A stretch of 46,450 nucleotides of DNA, taken from UHGV virus genome UHGV-1965195; one strand, written 5' to 3'. The stretch is from a virus. Position 1 is the stretch's first letter; every line of letters starts with the position of its first letter. Positions 1 to 9,597 of this stretch are shown in pieces. The notes below the pieces were generated by a model that ran no database searches, was not told the DNA's origin, and saw only the letters and a program-made list of their open reading frames with translations. The position numbers and the translations under genes were made by a program.

Positions 1-327
1 GCTTTGCAGTTTTCCCGTCAATTCCGGCAGAGCACCTGATTTCGTGCACTCATCCAACCAATCCGCAAATTTCTCATAGAATTCCGATGTGTCCCTGTTT
101 TCTTCGTCTCCGTAAAGCACTCTGGAACATAACGAAAATACATACTGTCTGACAGTATCACCGTTTGCGTACCGCTTTAAGATTGGTTCTGCTGGCGTAC
201 TTTCGATACTGTATGCGGTCACATCTTCCTCCAACATATCTACATTCACAACAGGGAACATCTCCTGAAACTCCTGCAGAAATGGACATCCGGCAATAAA
301 CTCTGCCACTTGGTTTGTTATACTCAT
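1..327 (-). CDS. 5'-complete, 3'-truncated CDS at the window edge. Likely head-tail joining or tail completion protein of the structural module (109 codons visible, MSITNQVAEFIAGCPFLQEF...).
   Basis: ATG at 327-325 overlaps the TGA of the upstream gene (ATGA coupling). The frame stays open to position 1. Absent from the ORF track because no stop lies in the window. Protein-like composition. Position between the connector genes and, if circular, the major tail gene. Confidence 0.5.
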   Translation of the reverse strand, partial: MSITNQVAEFIAGCPFLQEFQEMFPVVNVDMLEEDVTAYSIESTPAEPILKRYANGDTVRQYVFSLCSRVLYGDEENRDTSEFYEKFADWLDECTKSGALPELTGKLQS

Positions 328-671
328 TTCGCCTTCCCTCCGCAATATTTCGCAACAGACTGCACGATCTCTTTCCCACGATCCGCCCACATACGCTCTG
401 TCCAGTGGCTACCGGCACGAGCATGTTCGGATCTGTTCTTTCCTTTATTCTCGTAGTACTGCCGCCTTGCATAAGGAGTGTCATAGATAATAGAGGATGC
501 TGTTTCTGTCACACTGTCCATTGACAGGTTTCCGCTTAATCTCGGCACATAAGGTGTGGACAGCTGTCTTACTTCATGGGTGAAGAACTTCTGCCCTGCT
601 CCGTTCTTATTGAGACTTCTCTTCAATAAAATTTTATCTACCGGATCTATATCAAGCCTGATCTTTGCCAT
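324..671 (-). CDS. Phage head-tail connector, minor capsid-type small structural protein
   Basis: 115-aa ORF inside the contiguous head-tail joining gene block, translationally coupled to its neighbours. Family assignment rests on position and size only. Confidence 0.4.
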   Translation of the reverse strand: MAKIRLDIDPVDKILLKRSLNKNGAGQKFFTHEVRQLSTPYVPRLSGNLSMDSVTETASSIIYDTPYARRQYYENKGKNRSEHARAGSHWTERMWADRGKEIVQSVAKYCGGKAK

Positions 672-1084
672 TAAGAACCACCACCTATCCTGATATGCTT
701 AGAAGAACCAAAAAAGTTCTCGGAATGACTAAGTACTTTCCCAATCGTTCCAGAGAACCTTTTCCTGATATCTTCTATTCCGGTGACATTTCCTCCATCC
801 CATTCTCCCAGGATAAAGAAATCACCATTCCGCACAGTCCATTTCCCATACACTGCTGTTAATCGGTTGAACGCATCCGGCGTGATCCAGTCAGCGCATT
901 CTGTATACGGAATCCGAATCTGATACTCATCCGCGCTTCTCAATCCATTTTCCCCTACGGTACTTTTCTGGTTTGTATGAAACCAGACCTTAGGGATGAC
1001 ATGAGGAATAAACACCATCTTCCTGCTCTCCCGGTCTGGCCACTGATTAAAAATCGTAATCTTAGCATTCGTAAGCATTGACAT
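671..1084 (-). CDS. Phage head closure / minor capsid protein (putative)
   Basis: 137-aa ORF in the connector block between the gp6-like adaptor and the tail-proximal genes. Overlapping start and stop codons with both neighbours. Confidence 0.4.
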   Translation of the reverse strand: MSMLTNAKITIFNQWPDRESRKMVFIPHVIPKVWFHTNQKSTVGENGLRSADEYQIRIPYTECADWITPDAFNRLTAVYGKWTVRNGDFFILGEWDGGNVTGIEDIRKRFSGTIGKVLSHSENFFGSSKHIRIGGGS

Positions 1085-1460
1085 TCACCCCCAGATAAAG
1101 CAGTCCTGTATGCGCTAGATAACGGCGGATGACCGCATAGATCTTTGTTTGCAGCGCGTCTACTGCAATCTTTCCCGCTTCTGCTTCTGTCGCGTAATTC
1201 ACAGAATATCCGTCTGTATTCTCCGACTGCACTTCTCTTCCTCCATGTTCCATTCGGTTCATATCATCCTGATAGATCATGTCAGCAAGTTCACACAGGC
1301 AAAGCTTCACTAACTCCATATCGTTCTCACTCGGCTGTAAATGCATCACTTGATTCAGATAGGTGTTAGCTTTCAAGATCGGCTGTTTCAATGACCGTTC
1401 GTCCTCGATTATAATTCCATTGTATTCTTCTACGTAAAACTGAAAATCTACACGTATCAA
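1062..1460 (-). CDS. Head-tail adaptor / DNA packaging protein (HK97 gp6, SPP1 gp15-like)
   Basis: 132-aa acidic protein immediately downstream of the capsid and decoration genes. Size and position are typical of the gp6-like adaptor family. Confidence 0.5.
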   Translation of the reverse strand: MIRVDFQFYVEEYNGIIIEDERSLKQPILKANTYLNQVMHLQPSENDMELVKLCLCELADMIYQDDMNRMEHGGREVQSENTDGYSVNYATEAEAGKIAVDALQTKIYAVIRRYLAHTGLLYLGVNVNAYEC

Positions 1461-1473
1461 CGCCTATTCCTCC

Positions 1474-1821
1474 TTACGAATTCGCCATAATCCCCTGTTT
1501 TTTCATCTCCGCAAGAATCGCATTGATTTTGTTTTTCAGATCAGTCGCTGTTTCTGTCGACAAATCTGCAATCAAAGCCATCTGTTTCACACCACCCAGC
1601 GTTGTTTTGTTCGCCGCTGGAAGAGTGTAACTTGTTCCAGCAGGTCCCTGCGCACCCGGATCGCCTTTTTCGCCTTTTTCGCCTTTTGCCCCTGCTGGTC
1701 CCGCCGGTCCTGCTGGTCCTGCTGGTCCAACCTGCTCGTTCTTCACGCCCTGCTCTAACTTATTCAGTTTCTCCGCTGTAATAACGTCATCATTATTCCA
1801 TGTAGTTGGTGTATATGCCAT
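1474..1821 (-). CDS. Collagen-like repeat protein, probable capsid decoration protein (SPP1 gp12-like)
   Basis: G-P-A-G-P-A-G-P-A-G-P-A-G-A-K-G-E-K-G-E-K-G-D-P-G-A-Q-G-P-A-G triple-helix repeats. N-terminal WNNDDVITAEKLNKLEQG motif. Located directly after the major capsid gene, as gp12 is in SPP1. Confidence 0.5.
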   Translation of the reverse strand: MAYTPTTWNNDDVITAEKLNKLEQGVKNEQVGPAGPAGPAGPAGAKGEKGEKGDPGAQGPAGTSYTLPAANKTTLGGVKQMALIADLSTETATDLKNKINAILAEMKKQGIMANS

Positions 1822-1898
1822 AACTTATACCTCCTATTTTACTTTTCCTACTTTTGCCTTGCCTACTTTCGCAGTTCCTACTTGTGCCAAATCGTCAT

Positions 1899-2765
1899 CT
1901 AGGCCTTTTTTTTTACAACTGCGTAGTTCTTATCTCCAAGACGGTATCCGGTACAGATTTCCACCTGTGCAAGAGTTCCGTTGAAGTTCTCAGAGTCTTT
2001 CAGTCTTGCCATAGATAACAGGTCAATGATATGCAGTCCTCTCCAGTCATACATGATATACTCTACCTTTGACAGATCTTCTGTCTGAAGCGTTTCTGTA
2101 TAATCGTAGTATTTTGCTGCCGATGTCAGATCAAGCATATTACATTCTACCCACAGCATTCCGAGGTAATATCCCATCTGTCCGGTACGGATGATCTCGT
2201 CATTCTTTACCGGAGTAAATTTGTCCCCTGCAACTTCCAGCATCGTACTGTATGTCTCTACAGATGCCATGACCACATTCGCGGACGCTTTCTGTTTACG
2301 GATTGTTTTTCTTCCTGCGATTATCTTACTGATAATGTTGGACGTTGTAATTGCTTCTGTGTCTTCCATTGCAGTTCCTTCGTGCACCAGACATGCAAGA
2401 CCAGACTGCTGCCACCCTTCTTTGCAAACCTGTGTAGACTGTGCGAGATGAGCATCCGCTGTATCGAATGGTACGGCACTCGCCTGTACATTGTAGATTT
2501 TTGTTGATTCCTGCTGTGAATTGTTCATCAATACTGAAATCAGTTCATTTCCTGCAGTTCCATGCTCAAAGTCAGATGCTGGCTTTTTCGGATCTTTTGC
2601 AGCCTTAGCAGCCAGACGGAATACTTTTACTGCTCCCGCTCCTTCCGCATCTCCCTGATACTGATCGTTAAATGTCATTCCCGGCTGAAAAATTGCATCA
2701 AAATAAAAATTTGGTGCAACGATTGAACTGTATTTTTCACTTACATTATATCCGCCATATTTCAT
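1899..2765 (-). CDS. Major capsid protein (putative)
   Basis: 288-aa ORF directly downstream of the scaffold gene and upstream of the decoration and connector genes. Size and position match a siphovirus major capsid protein (MCP). Confidence 0.6.
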   Translation of the reverse strand: MKYGGYNVSEKYSSIVAPNFYFDAIFQPGMTFNDQYQGDAEGAGAVKVFRLAAKAAKDPKKPASDFEHGTAGNELISVLMNNSQQESTKIYNVQASAVPFDTADAHLAQSTQVCKEGWQQSGLACLVHEGTAMEDTEAITTSNIISKIIAGRKTIRKQKASANVVMASVETYSTMLEVAGDKFTPVKNDEIIRTGQMGYYLGMLWVECNMLDLTSAAKYYDYTETLQTEDLSKVEYIMYDWRGLHIIDLLSMARLKDSENFNGTLAQVEICTGYRLGDKNYAVVKKKA

Positions 2766-2784
2766 ACTCTGTCATTCTCCTTTT

Positions 2785-3408
2785 CTATTTCGCATATTTG
2801 TTGTTTCCATATTTTCTTGAGAGGTAAGCTTCTTCTTCGGATTTTGTTTCGGGTCTGTAGGTTCCATGAGTACCTCTTACCCATGTCTTTTTTCCGCCAT
2901 CTGGTTCTTCCTGTTCGAACTCATCTGGATACTTCTCTTTGACACCTTTCATGTACTCATCTGCACCAACAAAAGCACCGTCTTTAAACTCCATCTTCTG
3001 ATCCAGAAACTCATGTAAGATTGTCTTTCTGGATAAAGGAGATTTAATCTTCTGCGTGTCCAAAAACCGCTCTGCTGCAAACATCTTGCGGTCTGATTCA
3101 ATCTGGTCATTCAGTGCTTTTGTGTCTTCGTTGTACTTTTTCTCCCAGTCATCGGCAGACTGCTTGATTCCATCAATGTCCATTTCCTTGTAAGACTTGA
3201 TCGTATCGTTTGCTTCTCCAAGCTGTGTCTCCAGTCCATTCGCTTTCGTCTCAAGGCTCTGATACTTTTCCTTGCTGATGTAGCCACCCTCTGACAAGTC
3301 TACAAACCGGACATGCTGTAATTTATCCTCGATCCCGTTGTTGTGTTCCTGAATCTTTGCGTCTACCTGTCCGAAAAGTTCTTCTCCTAATACGTCTCTT
3401 AACTGCAT
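2785..3408 (-). CDS. Phage scaffold protein (GP20-like minor structural protein)
   Basis: Start placed at the internal ATG (MQLRDVLGEELFGQVDAKIQ...) preceded by AAGGAAAGGAATAAAG. Coiled-coil, charged, about 207 aa. Lies between the minor head protein block and the MCP. Confidence 0.6.
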   Translation of the reverse strand: MQLRDVLGEELFGQVDAKIQEHNNGIEDKLQHVRFVDLSEGGYISKEKYQSLETKANGLETQLGEANDTIKSYKEMDIDGIKQSADDWEKKYNEDTKALNDQIESDRKMFAAERFLDTQKIKSPLSRKTILHEFLDQKMEFKDGAFVGADEYMKGVKEKYPDEFEQEEPDGGKKTWVRGTHGTYRPETKSEEEAYLSRKYGNNKYAK

Positions 3409-3619
3409 CTTTATTCCTTTCCTTGACCACTGTTTATTATCGCGGTGTCTCCGCTGGCCGTGGCAGTTATTCTCCCATGCCACAGGGGATATTTCCCGCA
3501 GTTTAAATGTCTTGAGGGTTGATCGGACAAATACTATCCCCAAAATTGAGGAAAGCGTATAAAAATAGCACCTACCACTCTGGATAGATGCTAAATTTAT
3601 TGTTTTTATTTTTGAAATT

Positions 3620-3662
3620 GGCATAAAAATACCACTCACTCAATTAAGAATAAGTGGTATCA
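3620..3662 (-). terminator. Rho-independent terminator after the zinc-ribbon ORF
   Basis: Minus-strand RNA AUACCACU-(16 nt)-AGUGGUAU followed by UUUUUAUGCC. The stem starts at the stop codon. A 250-bp non-coding gap precedes the scaffold gene. Confidence 0.55.
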
Positions 3663-3851
3663 TCTCTTTTCTGCCGGTTCCATATGAATCTTAAAATTAC
3701 AGGTTGTACAATTGAAATATGTACTTGTTTTTGGATTATAAGGTGTAATGATTTTACCTGTTTTACATTCCGGACAAATTACTTCTTTTCCATCCCGTAA
3801 CGCCTTTATCATCATTCCAATTTCTTTTGGTGTCATTACTTTAGCCTCCAT
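3660..3851 (-). CDS. Small zinc-ribbon protein (CPEC...CTTC). Candidate immunity or partner of the upstream MuF C-terminal domain.
   Basis: 63 aa with two CxxC pairs (CPECKTGK, CTTCNFK). Overlaps the stop of the MuF-like gene by 16 nt. Confidence 0.5.
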   Translation of the reverse strand: MEAKVMTPKEIGMMIKALRDGKEVICPECKTGKIITPYNPKTSTYFNCTTCNFKIHMEPAEKR

Positions 3852-5473
3852 TCACGATCTGAATATCTTCCTTTTACTGATTTTATTATATTCCTAATGT
3901 CTTGTCCCGTCAATTTACCTTTCGTATGTAATTCAGCAAAATAGTCACAAACAACTTCTGCGTGTTGATCTCCACCTATATCTAATCGGATATGCGTTGC
4001 TTCATGGATAATCGTTTCCGCCGTCTTCCGTATGTTTTGTGTTTCCACCCCATTGATATAGATATGATTTCCAATACATGATCCATACAGACCTTCCAGT
4101 CCCGTTTCTGAAATTGTATTGTTGCTATAATATACGTTAACGGAAATATGATTCGTTTTAATAAAATCAAGAACTGCCTTTCCAACATCTGACTTATTAA
4201 GATTTTTGTATAAGTTAGCTGCGAGTACTGTATCCATTTCTTTTGTAATCTCTACATCAAATATTTTTTCTGCTGTTTTCTTTTTTATATTAGAAATTCT
4301 TGACTCAAATATTCTTCCCGGCAACACTCTTCCGAGCCCATCCATATACACTCTCTGCATCTGTTCTGGAAGCTCCATCTTTTTAGAAAACCCCTGATAT
4401 TCCCGGAGTGTGTTCAGATACTTTGCTTGGGCTGCCTGTATGTCCAATTGACTGGCTTTTCCCTTTTTTAGAAGATCAATGTCACTTCTCTGCTTTCTCA
4501 TTCTGGTTTCAAGTGTTCTCTGCCGCTGCTGTGCTTCATAGGCGTTATATGATTTTCCCTGATAAGACCTTGCGACCTGTTCATTTGCTTCCATTTCCCG
4601 CAATTGTTCCGATGTGTACGTTCTGACAGACACACCGTCTACGAACGCGAAGTAACTATGCTTACAATTAGCTCCGCACAGACCATCTACCTCTCCCAAA
4701 CGACAGATCGAGATCAGTTCCTGCTTTGTATACACATTCCCTCCCCACCAGTGAGAAGGTCTATGCCCGGCATGCCACGTTACTTCATAAGTGTCTGTCC
4801 CCAAATCCTTTGCCACCTGCTCATTAATCTGTGCAGCAAGTTGATGTACACCAGTCATGACAGCTCGTCTGACCGCCACAGGGGCCCGATTTCCATATCC
4901 TGACGCATAATTTACTGTCCGTATCCCACTGGCTGTCATTTCCTTTACTACACGCCTGAGAACGGTATTGTAATCGAACGCTCCGGTTACAATGTCCATA
5001 CATGCACGATCAAGATACTTCTGATAGTACTCCGAAAATGGAGTGAATACTTTCTTTCCTCCGTAATCCAAAGCAAATCCCATTGATCGTGTGATATTCT
5101 GGATTTCATGTTTTGTCTGGCTTAGAATTGCTTTCGCCCATGTCTGCATCTGCTCATTATCTTCATAAGGTGTAAAATGGGCATTTACCTGTTCGTAGAT
5201 TTCTTTTGTTCTGGTGTAATCCTTTTCGATTACAGTATCATAAATCTCCCACAGCTCCGGATCAGTAAGCCCTGAAAGACGTTTGATTTCTGATTCAATG
5301 AACTCCGTAGAATTTCCAATGATCTGTATTCTGTTCAACTGATAATCCGCTGTAGATGTAATTCCACCTGTCTTTTTAATCCTCCTGACTACATCTCTCA
5401 TAATGCGGTTCTGTAATTCGAGAAACATTTTTTCAAGTTGCAGTGGCAGGTGCTCCATTTCCTTTGGCTGCAT
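3836..5473 (-). CDS. Minor head / head morphogenesis protein of the MuF (SPP1 gp7) family with a C-terminal HExxH metallopeptidase-like extension
   Basis: 545 aa directly downstream of the portal gene. Central region (ASGYGNRAPVAVRRAVMTGVHQ...WHAGHRPSHWWGGNVY...GANCKHS) matches the MuF/gp7 core. About 200 extra C-terminal residues end in IIHEATHIRLDIGGDQHAEVVCDYFAE (HExxH plus a downstream acidic residue). Confidence 0.65.
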   Translation of the reverse strand: MQPKEMEHLPLQLEKMFLELQNRIMRDVVRRIKKTGGITSTADYQLNRIQIIGNSTEFIESEIKRLSGLTDPELWEIYDTVIEKDYTRTKEIYEQVNAHFTPYEDNEQMQTWAKAILSQTKHEIQNITRSMGFALDYGGKKVFTPFSEYYQKYLDRACMDIVTGAFDYNTVLRRVVKEMTASGIRTVNYASGYGNRAPVAVRRAVMTGVHQLAAQINEQVAKDLGTDTYEVTWHAGHRPSHWWGGNVYTKQELISICRLGEVDGLCGANCKHSYFAFVDGVSVRTYTSEQLREMEANEQVARSYQGKSYNAYEAQQRQRTLETRMRKQRSDIDLLKKGKASQLDIQAAQAKYLNTLREYQGFSKKMELPEQMQRVYMDGLGRVLPGRIFESRISNIKKKTAEKIFDVEITKEMDTVLAANLYKNLNKSDVGKAVLDFIKTNHISVNVYYSNNTISETGLEGLYGSCIGNHIYINGVETQNIRKTAETIIHEATHIRLDIGGDQHAEVVCDYFAELHTKGKLTGQDIRNIIKSVKGRYSDREWRLK

Positions 5474-5484
5474 ATCCTCACACC

Positions 5485-6864
5485 CTATTCCATTGTATCT
5501 TCCTGGCTAAATTGTGATGCCTGTTTCAGCATCTTGATCGCCTGCTCTTCCGTTTCACCGAAACGCTTCATCCGATACTCTACAGGACCAACAACTCCCA
5601 TACTAAAATCAGCACGGAGCTGCTCTGTCTCATATTTCTTGTCTGTTACAAGGGAATCATCCCAACTGCAGGATACTTCTACCTTTCCGTCTGCAGAAAT
5701 GCTACCAAGCGACATCCATACTTCCACTGCTGCCACAAGATTCTCAAGTGCGTTCCCAAGGCTATTCTGAATAGATTTTACCGTTGCGTAAGAGCGTTGC
5801 TTACTGGCCTTAATTTCTTCTGCTGTCTTATCCACTACCTGTGGATCTGAAAGAGTTCCATAAGCCAGACCACAGTTAAACTCTACTTTCTGTATGATCC
5901 TGTTGTACCCGTTGAAGAAACTCTCATCCCGAATCTCCGGCGAATACGCATTAAAAAAAGGATTTCCATCCCTGCTCATCACATTCGGTCCCATTGCCCG
6001 GTAAAGCCGTTCTTTCCCTTTTGGCAGGATAACTTCTCCCTGCCGGTTCTTCCGGAAAAATTCATCCGCTGCCTGAATTGCCGTTTCCTTTGATTTGTAT
6101 TCCCACAGCACTGCTCCATACTGCTCATCAGCATCCCGAATCTGATTCACGGCTCTTGCATAGATCGATACACCAAGAGGAGAATGGATGTCTGTATTGT
6201 TTGCCAATGGAATTTTGAAGTAAGAAAACAGCATCCTGTCCGCATTCTGAAACTCGACATAAGGGGCAATATCTGACCATTCCGGTACTTCTTCCAGATT
6301 GATCTCCTGTCCGAGATTTACGATATCATCCGTTTTTACCATTGCTTTCTTACTGATAAAAGCTTTGTTCACAATGCTGTATCTATCGCCCTGTAATGCG
6401 TGATATTCAAGTCTTGTATAAAGATTCTTTCCAGCGCGCTTAAATTCTGGGAAGATAGCCGCTGTAATCTCTCCTGCGCTGTTAAACTCTACCGGATAAA
6501 AGTCACCGGCTCTCACTACATCTATCTCAATCCCTTTCTGGGATAAATACGGTTTAAAGACCACACCGCCTGTACTGCAGGCAAACTCTGTGTAGTTTGA
6601 AATCTCATTTAGAAACGGCTGCATCCCCTCTTTAATCATTTCAGCTTTGCTTCCGCCCGTAATATTGATGCTGGATTCCATTGTCACCAGTCTTGCCATT
6701 TCGGAGCAGATTGCTGCCGGGAGGTTCAGTCCCTTTACATCATCATTCAGCCAGGGAGATTCGTTGATATACATCTTTGACCACCGATAGATTGCCTGTG
6801 CCATTCTCTGGGATACCGCAACATCCACTCCCATTGCCTGTTTTATAGTTTCATACTGTATCAA
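5485..6864 (-). CDS. Portal protein (SPP1 gp6-like)
   Basis: 459 aa between TerL and the MuF-like gene. Canonical order TerS-TerL-portal-MuF. Confidence 0.7.
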   Translation of the reverse strand: MIQYETIKQAMGVDVAVSQRMAQAIYRWSKMYINESPWLNDDVKGLNLPAAICSEMARLVTMESSINITGGSKAEMIKEGMQPFLNEISNYTEFACSTGGVVFKPYLSQKGIEIDVVRAGDFYPVEFNSAGEITAAIFPEFKRAGKNLYTRLEYHALQGDRYSIVNKAFISKKAMVKTDDIVNLGQEINLEEVPEWSDIAPYVEFQNADRMLFSYFKIPLANNTDIHSPLGVSIYARAVNQIRDADEQYGAVLWEYKSKETAIQAADEFFRKNRQGEVILPKGKERLYRAMGPNVMSRDGNPFFNAYSPEIRDESFFNGYNRIIQKVEFNCGLAYGTLSDPQVVDKTAEEIKASKQRSYATVKSIQNSLGNALENLVAAVEVWMSLGSISADGKVEVSCSWDDSLVTDKKYETEQLRADFSMGVVGPVEYRMKRFGETEEQAIKMLKQASQFSQEDTME

Positions 6865-8219
6865 CGTTCCTCACCTCTTTCTGATATTGGCAACATAAAT
6901 TTAATCCGGTTCCACATTCCAACGCATAAATAGCGTGTTCCGTCAAGTGCATGATCGTTCTCTTTTACCGGTATCTCAACGCCTTTTTTAATTCCATCTG
7001 TATTGTACTGATAAAGTCCAAACTCCTTGATCAGCATCTTCTGTTTCTCGCTGACGATCATTCTTCCGAAAGACAACAACTTCTGCACACGGCTGATTCC
7101 TAATTTGACGTCATTCTGCGCCGGTATAACCGGTATATGGGGGATGACTCTCCGTATTTCCTCAATCAGACCTGCTGCCGATGGATCCACGAATATGTAG
7201 CTGACTACACGGTCATACTCCTGTTCTATCTTGTCGCAGAATGTTTTCATATTCTGTGCGTATTCTGATGGGGACTTCTGCGTTCCACTGTCTCGCCCGG
7301 AGTAGTAATACTCATCAATCCCTCGCAGAACCTGATTCTGATAGTCCAAACCAAATGCTTCATAGACTGTCGCATTCTGTTGACCGTAATCCACTCCGAT
7401 TCCGATCTCCCCGATACTTCTCTTTTCTTCCTCGATGTAATCTTCTGGCTGATAAATATGCTTCTCTGCAGAGAACATATAGTAGATCAGGTCATCCACT
7501 CCAGTAGGCTCGCCCAACCATGTCCATCGGTACATCTTGATATCCGCTCGCATCATAGCTTCTGCAGAATCAATCAGATCCTGTCCCAACCAATCAACCG
7601 GAACATCCTTATAGCTTGTGTGAATATGGATGCAGTCTTCCCGTTCTTCCATCTTCTTGCACCAGAGGTTGATCGGAGCATTCGGATTCTTCGGCGGATT
7701 GTAAAGATAGATCATCTGGAAACCAGCTTTGTTTCCACGGACGAACGTTGCTTCTATATTCGCCAGTTCATCTTCCCCTTCCCCGTCATCAAAGAACTCT
7801 GTCAGCTCATCCAATACTACAAGCTTTATCGGCTTGTCCTCATCGATGATACCTTTTGTATCGTCAATTCCATCAGAACCGGAGAAATACATCGTTGTAT
7901 TGTGTTTTTTATACGTGATCTCCATCGGTGATTTTCCGATCTTGAAATATGACTTGGGGATTTCTAGCCGGTTAATGCCCCGGAGCATTTCTTTGTACAC
8001 TGTTTTCCGCAGCTTATTGTGATGTTTGCGAAGAACTACTGCTGAACCATTCGCATCATCCACCAACTGGAAGATTCCTCTGACTCCTGCATAACTGGAT
8101 TTTGTACCGGCACGGCCAGAAGTCAGGATAATATGTTTATGCTGCTTATCGTTAAATAAAGGCAGATATTTCGGAATGATCAGATCTGATATTCTAACCT
8201 GTTTCTTTGTCTGCATCAT
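6861..8219 (-). CDS. terL: Terminase large subunit
   Basis: 452 aa. N-terminal ATPase with Walker A-like LTSGRAGTKSS. C-terminal nuclease region with acidic residues. Overlaps the TerS and portal genes by 4 nt each. Confidence 0.8.
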   Translation of the reverse strand: MMQTKKQVRISDLIIPKYLPLFNDKQHKHIILTSGRAGTKSSYAGVRGIFQLVDDANGSAVVLRKHHNKLRKTVYKEMLRGINRLEIPKSYFKIGKSPMEITYKKHNTTMYFSGSDGIDDTKGIIDEDKPIKLVVLDELTEFFDDGEGEDELANIEATFVRGNKAGFQMIYLYNPPKNPNAPINLWCKKMEEREDCIHIHTSYKDVPVDWLGQDLIDSAEAMMRADIKMYRWTWLGEPTGVDDLIYYMFSAEKHIYQPEDYIEEEKRSIGEIGIGVDYGQQNATVYEAFGLDYQNQVLRGIDEYYYSGRDSGTQKSPSEYAQNMKTFCDKIEQEYDRVVSYIFVDPSAAGLIEEIRRVIPHIPVIPAQNDVKLGISRVQKLLSFGRMIVSEKQKMLIKEFGLYQYNTDGIKKGVEIPVKENDHALDGTRYLCVGMWNRIKFMLPISERGEER

Positions 8220-8658
8220 TGATAATCTCTACTCCTTCCGTTTCATCCTCACTACTGCAATCTCTGTTCAGCTTATCTGCGTTTGCCCGTTTCAATTCTG
8301 TATCTGCTTCTCGGTTGCGTCTGTTCTCATCCGGTTCCTGTGATTGCCCCGCATACTTCGCTACGAATGTAGCTGCCTGCGTATTTCCGCTCAGCGCTTC
8401 TTTGATCTGTGCCATCAAAAGAGCCGATTCCAGAGTGCACTCAACACCAAGTGACTCCAGAACCGGCTTCCATTCAGGACTATCTATTTCAGCGGTAAGC
8501 AGCAAATTCAAAGTCTTTCTAAAATCAGCTTTCCTTCTTCTTGCTTCACCACTTGCTTTACCCGCTTTTATTGCTAACTCCCGCCGTTCCTCCGCGGTTT
8601 TCTTATCAAATCCATAATCTTTTATGTTATCATAACCTGCCACTTCACCACCTTCCAA
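8194..8658 (-). CDS. terS: Terminase small subunit (putative)
   Basis: 154-aa basic, helical protein immediately upstream of and overlapping terL. Non-ATG start (TTG or GTG). Assignment by position. Confidence 0.55.
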   Translation of the reverse strand: MEGGEVAGYDNIKDYGFDKKTAEERRELAIKAGKASGEARRRKADFRKTLNLLLTAEIDSPEWKPVLESLGVECTLESALLMAQIKEALSGNTQAATFVAKYAGQSQEPDENRRNREADTELKRANADKLNRDCSSEDETEGVEIINDADKETG

Positions 8659-8672
8659 TCTGTTAATTTTTA

Positions 8673-8701
8673 GCGCAAAAAAGAGACACCGAAGTGTCTC
8701 C
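8673..8701 (-). terminator. Rho-independent terminator immediately upstream of terS
   Basis: Minus-strand RNA GAGACAC-UUCG-GUGUCUC followed by UUUUUUGCGC: a perfect 7-bp stem, tetraloop and U6. Ends about 15 nt before the terS start. Confidence 0.65.
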
Positions 8702-8704
8702 TTG

Positions 8705-9439
8705 TTACAATATATTTTCTTCTTTCAGGATTTCATATAATTCTCTATATTCTTTGTATTCTTCTTTAAGTCCTTCGCTGAAGTAATTAAATCCTATCAC
8801 TGAAGTATAGTATGTAGGGTTCCACTCTGTTACTTCTAAAAACCTGTTCACTGTAAACTGCAGCCTATCCAAACTCCTAGTGCCATCCATGCCTTCAAGC
8901 AGTATATAATATGTCAAAGTAACATCTTCGAAGTGTTCATTTTCCTTATTTAATTTCAAAGTTAATACTCTTTCAGGATCTTCGTATTCTTCTGTTCTAA
9001 TTGTCGCTGCATTTACAGGATCTATGTCCTCAATTCTATTGTTACTAAATTCGATAATTGAAAATTTATACACCTCTCCTGTACGAACATCTATTTTTAT
9101 TGGAATTTGTAAATCAGCTCTTTCTAAATTATTTTGAATATTTCTTATTGCATCTTTAGACGGTTGCACATACGAGTAAGTCAATTTTTCTATTAAACGT
9201 GAATGAGCATCCTGATCCTTTTGATGATTGTAACTATTGAGACTCAACAAATTCGCAATTAATGCTATACTTATTGTTACCAGACAACCAATATTTTTCT
9301 CAAATAATACAAAGATATGGTCATCTCGTTTTTCTTTTTTTCTTATATACTTAAACATACAGCATATTGTATATAAAAAAATGATAACAAAAACAAAACC
9401 AAGAAGTGCAAGCATTCCCCACAACAAATATATACTCAT
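8705..9439 (-). CDS. AT-rich membrane protein (moron). Two N-terminal transmembrane (TM) helices.
   Basis: Start set at MSIYLLWGMLALLGFVFVIIFL with GAGGGA 7 nt upstream. Markedly lower GC than the flanking terminase and activator genes. Sits between the tRNA and terS and is followed by a terminator. Confidence 0.5.
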   Translation of the reverse strand: MSIYLLWGMLALLGFVFVIIFLYTICCMFKYIRKKEKRDDHIFVLFEKNIGCLVTISIALIANLLSLNSYNHQKDQDAHSRLIEKLTYSYVQPSKDAIRNIQNNLERADLQIPIKIDVRTGEVYKFSIIEFSNNRIEDIDPVNAATIRTEEYEDPERVLTLKLNKENEHFEDVTLTYYILLEGMDGTRSLDRLQFTVNRFLEVTEWNPTYYTSVIGFNYFSEGLKEEYKEYRELYEILKEENIL

Positions 9440-9597
9440 AGTTATTCCCTCTTTTCTCGAATTAATTTCCATGATACTCTATTCTATGAACTTTTTCAAC
9501 TTTTTTGATATTTAGAACTACCACAAAAATGAAATACGTAACTTGGCAACTTTACTGGATTCTATAACACAAGGAGGGAACTTGCAGTAGTCCACAA

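Noticed and set aside
158-484. 108-aa minus-strand ORF
   Set aside because: Overlaps the coupled genes 1-327 and 324-671 in another frame. The in-frame partial gene starting at 327 has far more protein-like composition.
3836-3851. Programmed frameshift between the MuF gene and the zinc-ribbon ORF
   Set aside because: The 16-nt overlap has no slippery heptamer that I can see. A simpler explanation is an internal start at MTPKEIG (3836) or ordinary overlap.
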